20,241 bases of DNA, taken from positions 1-20,241 of IMG/VR virus record IMGVR_UViG_2802429219_000017; one strand, written 5' to 3'. How positions within the stretch are numbered: position 1 is the first letter of the stretch; the number at the start of each line of letters is the position of its first letter. Below are positions 16,289 through 20,241 of the stretch, one piece after another. A program made the position numbers and the translations under genes. This stretch comes from a virus. Lineage: Duplodnaviria > Heunggongvirae > Uroviricota > Caudoviricetes. A model generated the notes under the pieces. It did no database searches. It was given only the letters and a program-made list of their open reading frames with translations, and was not told the DNA's origin.

Positions 16289-16888
16289 ATGGCACATATA
16301 CAACTGGTCAAACAAACCTCTTCCGGATTACTTCTCCCGGCGACGCCGGAGAGTTGTGATTTTCTGCATCAAATCAAAATAGGCGAGTGGATACACGCTG
16401 ATTTTAAGCGCGTTCGTAACTACGCATTCCATAAGCGTTTTTTCAAACTTCTGCAACTCGGATTCGATTACTGGACTCCGGTCGGTGGGGCGATCACTCC
16501 TCGCGAACGAAAACTGGTGTCCGGTTTCGTTGATTATCTGTGTGAATCAGTAGGCCGGGAACATACGCCAGCTCTGAGCGAAGCCGCAGAGCAATATCTG
16601 AATACAGTTGCGACACGCAGAACCCGGGATACAGCATTGCTAAAGTCGTTTGAGGCTTTCCGCGAGTGGGTAACCATTCAGGCCGGATTTTACACCGAGC
16701 ATATTTATCCGGACGGTAGCCGTGGGCGCAGGGCGAAATCCATCTCGTTTGCGAATATGGACGAAACCGAGTTTCAGCAGGTTTATAAATCTGTGCTGAA
16801 TGTACTGTGGAACTGGATCCTGTTCCGTAAATTTTCCTCTCCGGAACAAGTCGAAAATGTGGCCGCGCAGCTACTGGAGTTTGCGTAA
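16289..16888 (+). CDS. nin-region hypothetical protein (199 aa; possibly DUF1367-type)
   Basis: GGAGAAAG SD; stop overlaps the next start (TAATG). Family name is from vague memory only. Confidence 0.6.
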   Translation: MAHIQLVKQTSSGLLLPATPESCDFLHQIKIGEWIHADFKRVRNYAFHKRFFKLLQLGFDYWTPVGGAITPRERKLVSGFVDYLCESVGREHTPALSEAAEQYLNTVATRRTRDTALLKSFEAFREWVTIQAGFYTEHIYPDGSRGRRAKSISFANMDETEFQQVYKSVLNVLWNWILFRKFSSPEQVENVAAQLLEFA

Positions 16889-17178
16889 TGGTGGATTTAC
16901 GTAAAGCGGCGCGGGGGCAGATGTGCACCGTCAGAATTCCTGGCTACTGCAATCACGATCCGGAAACGTCTGTGCTGGCGCATTACAGGCTGGCGGGGAC
17001 GTGCGGAACAGCGACAAAACCACACGATATGCAGGCGGCGATTGCCTGTAACTCATGCCACGATTTAATCGACGGGAGAGTAAAAACCAGCGATTACACC
17101 AAAGAAGAATTGCGCCTGATGCATGCAGAAGGTGTTTTTCGCACACAAGAAATCTGGAGAAAGGAGGGATATTTATGA
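16888..17178 (+). CDS. YbcO-like DUF1364 protein (putative nuclease, 96 aa)
   Basis: MVDLRKAARGQMCTVRIPGYCNHDPETSVLAHYRLAGTCGTATKPHDMQAAIACNSCHDLIDGR... resembles DLP12 YbcO, including the conserved Cys/His pattern. Confidence 0.7.
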   Translation: MVDLRKAARGQMCTVRIPGYCNHDPETSVLAHYRLAGTCGTATKPHDMQAAIACNSCHDLIDGRVKTSDYTKEELRLMHAEGVFRTQEIWRKEGYL

Positions 17179-17723
17179 TTTACCCAACGAATACAGGAAA
17201 AAGCGGAGAACACCTTCGTCTCACCACGCTGGAAAGTGTCTGGATTCAGGGAAAACTACGTATGTGGGGGCGCTGGTCGTATATTGGCGGCGGCAGGTCA
17301 GGGAATATGTTTAACCAGTTGCTGGCATCCCAAAAAATGACAAAAACAGCCATCAATGAAGCCCTGCGCAGATTGAAAAAAGCGGGAATTGATAAACCAG
17401 AGTTGGAAGCATTTTTGCGAGAGATGATCAATGGTAAGCAAAAGAGCTGGCTGGCGCATTGTACTGATGCAGAGGCGTTATGTATTGATCGGGTTATAAG
17501 TGAGGTGCTGGCAGAACATCCGGGGTTGATTAGCATCCTCCGACAACGGTATGAGGGGCGGGGGATGAGTAAGCTAAAAATGGCAGAGGAGATAAATAAA
17601 ACGCACCCAGAATGGTCGCTAATTACTTGCCGGAGAAGAGTAGAACACTGGTTGACTGTGGCTGAATTCATGTTGTACCTCCCGATGAAAAATTCGTTTG
17701 GTGAAATGACAGATGGTTGGTGA
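17175..17723 (+). CDS. Putative late-gene antiterminator (Q-like, by position), 182 aa
   Basis: AAGGAGGG SD; ATGA overlap with the ybcO-like stop. Last gene before an AT-rich promoter-like region. Family not recognised with confidence. Confidence 0.5.
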   Translation: MIYPTNTGKSGEHLRLTTLESVWIQGKLRMWGRWSYIGGGRSGNMFNQLLASQKMTKTAINEALRRLKKAGIDKPELEAFLREMINGKQKSWLAHCTDAEALCIDRVISEVLAEHPGLISILRQRYEGRGMSKLKMAEEINKTHPEWSLITCRRRVEHWLTVAEFMLYLPMKNSFGEMTDGW

Positions 17724-17739
17724 AAACGAGTGAGACATA

Positions 17740-17766
17740 TTGAAGTGTGCTAAAATTATGTATAAT
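17740..17766 (+). promoter_or_regulatory. Candidate late promoter (TTGAAG ... TATAAT)
   Basis: TTGAAG (17740-17745) and a perfect TATAAT (17761-17766) with a short 15-nt spacer, in an AT-rich gap. Other -10-like hexamers lie nearby. Confidence 0.4.
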
Positions 17767-17851
17767 TTCAGTGATTTTCCAGAAGGATAGCTTAAAATTT
17801 GTTAGTACTTGGAATAATTTTTTCACATAGTATGTATGTTAAGGAGGGTAA

Positions 17852-18160
17852 ATGGTAACAAAATCAATGCATATTATTGAGATTGTTAAACTTTTCTTTC
17901 AACTTGTTAGAGATGACGAAAAAAAGTATGAGCCAGAAGTGTACGTACATACTATGCCGAAAAACGGTTTAGGCAGCATCAAGATTCATGGTCGTGGGGG
18001 ATTGGAGGTTTCTTCCTCTGAGATAAAAAAATCGCCGGAGTTTAAGGCAATGGTGGGCTATGCAAAGGAAAGAGTGAAACATGATTCATCTTTGAACGAC
18101 TTACCAAACGGGTATGAGCAACATCTGCCACACACGAAGTTTGAGGCAGAACACCGATGA
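17852..18160 (+). CDS. Hypothetical soluble protein (102 aa), first gene of the AT-rich cassette
   Basis: AAGGAGGG SD. AT-rich coding sequence. Stop overlaps the next start (ATGA). Confidence 0.6.
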   Translation: MVTKSMHIIEIVKLFFQLVRDDEKKYEPEVYVHTMPKNGLGSIKIHGRGGLEVSSSEIKKSPEFKAMVGYAKERVKHDSSLNDLPNGYEQHLPHTKFEAEHR

Positions 18161-18945
18161 TTGCTGTTTTGCTTGTGCCTCTTCTGATTAGCGGATTTAT
18201 CCTTTTGACCAAACATCCTTATCATTACTACAGGTTACACCGTTACTCTGGCCAGTTGCTTTACATGAAAGCGGCTGGCTATGGGTTTTATTGTGTCCTG
18301 ATAGCAGTAGGGAGTGCTGTCATCACTAAAGCTGTTTTTGCCGATATCCATCCGGTTATGGCGATCGCAGAGTGGGCTGATTTTACCGAGAGTGAGTCGC
18401 AAAATCGACTATGGGCTTGGTTCATTATTATATCTGTAACTTCGATTTCAATCGGCTATGTTTGGGCTTATTTAGCTAAAACTGTATATACAATTAAATT
18501 TCTCAAGGCGCTAATGGCAGAAAACGAAGGGCGTCAATCAATTGTACCGAGAGAGTTAATGAAGCATCTAAAGCTGTCAGTTATGGCTCCCTTAATGCAT
18601 GAAACCCCTATGAATTCATTGTTGTTTAACTCACTGCTTCATAAACGACATATTTTAATAACAATGGATTGTGGAAAAGTTTATGTTGGGGTGGTTTCTC
18701 GCATTACGGAACCGAACGAGACAGAGGCACCTACACAAGAAATCGCATTGACCCCGGTTATGTCTGGATATCGTAACAAGGACACTCGCAGGATATGTTT
18801 TATCAACGATTATTCTGCTCTGTCTGATGTCGATACCAATATTAACATTCCGCGCGAGAACATCACTCATGCATCGTGGTTTAATGAAGAGGTTCATAAA
18901 TCAGTAGACAATACATTCATTGGTCCGCCTGAGCCAGAGAGGTAG
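18157..18945 (+). CDS. Hypothetical membrane protein (262 aa): three N-terminal TM helices plus C-terminal soluble domain
   Basis: Translationally coupled to the preceding gene. Hydrophobic segments around residues 3-18, 42-57 and 85-107. Confidence 0.65.
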   Translation: MIAVLLVPLLISGFILLTKHPYHYYRLHRYSGQLLYMKAAGYGFYCVLIAVGSAVITKAVFADIHPVMAIAEWADFTESESQNRLWAWFIIISVTSISIGYVWAYLAKTVYTIKFLKALMAENEGRQSIVPRELMKHLKLSVMAPLMHETPMNSLLFNSLLHKRHILITMDCGKVYVGVVSRITEPNETEAPTQEIALTPVMSGYRNKDTRRICFINDYSALSDVDTNINIPRENITHASWFNEEVHKSVDNTFIGPPEPER

Positions 18946-19060
18946 TTGTTGGAGTGGCAGTATAAAACCATTGCAAAATGAGCAACAAACTGCTTTAATT
19001 CCGGTACGCTTCGCAAAGCTGTATCGCGAGGCGAACCAAGCGCAATTGAACTTTAATAGA

Positions 19061-19088
19061 ACCCGCCATCGAGCGGGTTTTGTTGTTT
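19061..19088 (+). terminator. Rho-independent terminator after the two-gene unit
   Basis: ACCCGC-CATCGA-GCGGGT followed by TTTGTTGTTT; same stem sequence as the hok terminator. Confidence 0.65.
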
Positions 19089-19164
19089 CTGGTGAACTTG
19101 GTGTTTCATCGTCAGGCGTTCAGGTAAAATTGAGCGTATTACAGATTACGTGGTTGGTGAAGGA

Positions 19165-19734
19165 ATGAAAAATCTACCCGGCGACTATTTTCTTGATGCG
19201 GATGATGACATTCTTGATTTTCTTGAAAAACAGGGAGAAGAGTGCATTCGGGAAATCCATTGCTCAAACAGCATCAACAAGGAAAATGGCTATAAATTAT
19301 TAAGCATTCTGATAGTTGGCATCGGTTCATCATTTTTACTATTAACGCAAAAAACTCATCTGGATTTTTTGGGCGCTGGACTGGCTGTTTTTGTCTTTTA
19401 CTGGTCCATTTGTGCTGTGTACCTTGTTGTTAATGTGCTGAAAGTGCATAAGCGTGCCATTATTCATGCGTCGCCAGATATTCTGTACACTCCGGCGATT
19501 AAGGGCATTACTGCGATGGATTACGCCAGGTTTAAAGAGCGAGGTTTTTCGGGGAAAGACAGCCGTTTGTCCATATTGAGAAGGTACAGATTGATGGCTT
19601 TGTGCAGAACTGCAAACGAATTATTGCAGGAAAATAAAAGACTGAGAGAAGGACTCGAGAAGGCAAGGATATCAGCTATCCTTGCCCCCGTTTATTCATT
19701 AATGGTTTCTGTTGTTATTTACTTTTTCTTCTGA
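19165..19734 (+). CDS. Hypothetical membrane protein (189 aa): two central TM helices and a hydrophobic C-terminal tail
   Basis: ATG at 19165; the track ORF starts with GTG at 19150. AT-rich. Acidic soluble N-terminus. No recognisable family. Confidence 0.55.
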   Translation: MKNLPGDYFLDADDDILDFLEKQGEECIREIHCSNSINKENGYKLLSILIVGIGSSFLLLTQKTHLDFLGAGLAVFVFYWSICAVYLVVNVLKVHKRAIIHASPDILYTPAIKGITAMDYARFKERGFSGKDSRLSILRRYRLMALCRTANELLQENKRLREGLEKARISAILAPVYSLMVSVVIYFFF

Positions 19735-19867
19735 TACCTCCCCAGGAATCACCAACGACCAATCTCTCTACGGAAAAAGGATCCTTCTTTGGTTCCTCTG
19801 TTGATTTGGGCTTTGGAGCTGACTTGGATTTGTCATTTTCATCTAATGGTTTGTTATTCTGACCCAT
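19715..19867 (-). CDS. Candidate 50-aa lysine-rich peptide, convergent with and overlapping the preceding gene
   Basis: Hand-translated: MGQNNKPLDENDKSKSAPKPKSTEEPKKDPFSVERLVVGDSWGGIRRKSK. GAGGT SD ~5 nt upstream. Overlaps the last 20 nt of 19165-19734. Confidence 0.3.
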   Translation of the reverse strand: MGQNNKPLDENDKSKSAPKPKSTEEPKKDPFSVERLVVGDSWGGIRRKSK

Positions 19868-19983
19868 TTCTTACCTCATTTGAGACATTGTTACTTTTGG
19901 CGATTTAACAATATCAAAAATCCGGGTATGTGGTGAATACAGCACTATGAATACGAGAGCAATTACCCACGCACTTTAATCTG

Positions 19984-20007
19984 AGGCTCGCTACGGCGGG
20001 CCTTTTT
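19984..20007 (+). terminator. Rho-independent terminator (8-bp stem AGGCTCGC/GCGGGCCT, UACG loop, T-run)
   Basis: Stem 19984-19991 pairs with 19996-20003 (one G-U pair), tetraloop TACG, then TTTT. Confidence 0.5.
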
Positions 20008-20145
20008 CATATCCGCGCCACGCCCGGCGCACATCAAAAACCACAGAGCCTTTCAGGGGTGAGCTTACGGGATGGTCAGTGTGACTTTCTCTGTGGGCTG
20101 GTCACCCCCCGGGCGGAGGCTCACCCACTAAAAGGAAAAGTCACG

Positions 20146-20241
20146 ATGTTTGGTATTTTCAAAAAGAAAACCCGCAAGGCCATTACTGAAGTAAAGAAAA
20201 TGGAGAACCGCGATGCAGTGGAGGCGACCGTCTGGGGCGCG
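20146..20241 (+). CDS. Partial CDS (N-terminal 32 codons), truncated by the window end
   Basis: AAGGAAAAG SD before the ATG at 20146; MFGIFKKKTRKAITEVKKMENRDAVEATVWGA...; not recognised. Confidence 0.4.
   Translation, partial: MFGIFKKKTRKAITEVKKMENRDAVEATVWGA

Larger units (their letters stand above)
604..20241. mobile_element. Lambdoid prophage (Rac-like left arm, Qin-like immunity and right arm); left junction (attL) lies between ~604 and 735; element continues past the window end
   Basis: Tyrosine integrase and excisionase at the left edge beside host sRNA genes, followed by recombination, immunity, replication, nin/Q and moron modules in canonical lambdoid order. Confidence 0.85.

Noticed and set aside
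16494-17671. ORFs 16494-16928, 16640-16849, 16931-17146, 17123-17314, 17246-17671
   Set aside because: Antisense or alternate-frame overlaps of the coupled nin-like and Q-like genes.
18655-19168. ORFs 18655-18897 (minus) and 18920-19168 (plus)
   Set aside because: The first is antisense inside the 262-aa gene; the second spans the terminator at 19061-19088 and lacks an SD.
1-20241. CRISPR arrays, rRNA genes, IS elements or transposase genes
   Set aside because: No regularly spaced direct repeats, rRNA-like sequence, IS inverted repeats or transposase-like ORFs were seen.

Overview
This window is the left ~19.6 kb of a lambdoid prophage of Escherichia/Shigella type, a mosaic of Rac-like and Qin-like modules, integrated next to the host yebY gene and the SdsR/RyeA sRNA locus. 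All protein and RNA identifications are from reading the translations and recalling known families; no database search was run. Order, left to right: host yebY and sdsR; int and xis; a leftward early operon (ydaC, ralR, recT-like, variant recE, racC, ydaE, kilR) with a DicF-like RNA structure upstream of kilR; a dicA/dicC-type immunity region with recognisable operators; ydaT; an overlapping convergent ORF pair; O-like and P-like replication genes; a run of hypothetical genes; a hok type I toxin; nin-like genes and a putative Q antiterminator; then an AT-rich three-gene cassette bracketed by terminators. The best candidates for an undescribed system are that AT-rich membrane-protein cassette (17852-19734), the convergent ORF pair at 10131-10764, and the zinc-ribbon gene in the sieB slot (8191-8469). 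I could not assign a function to any of them from sequence alone. No tRNA, rRNA, CRISPR array or IS element was recognised.
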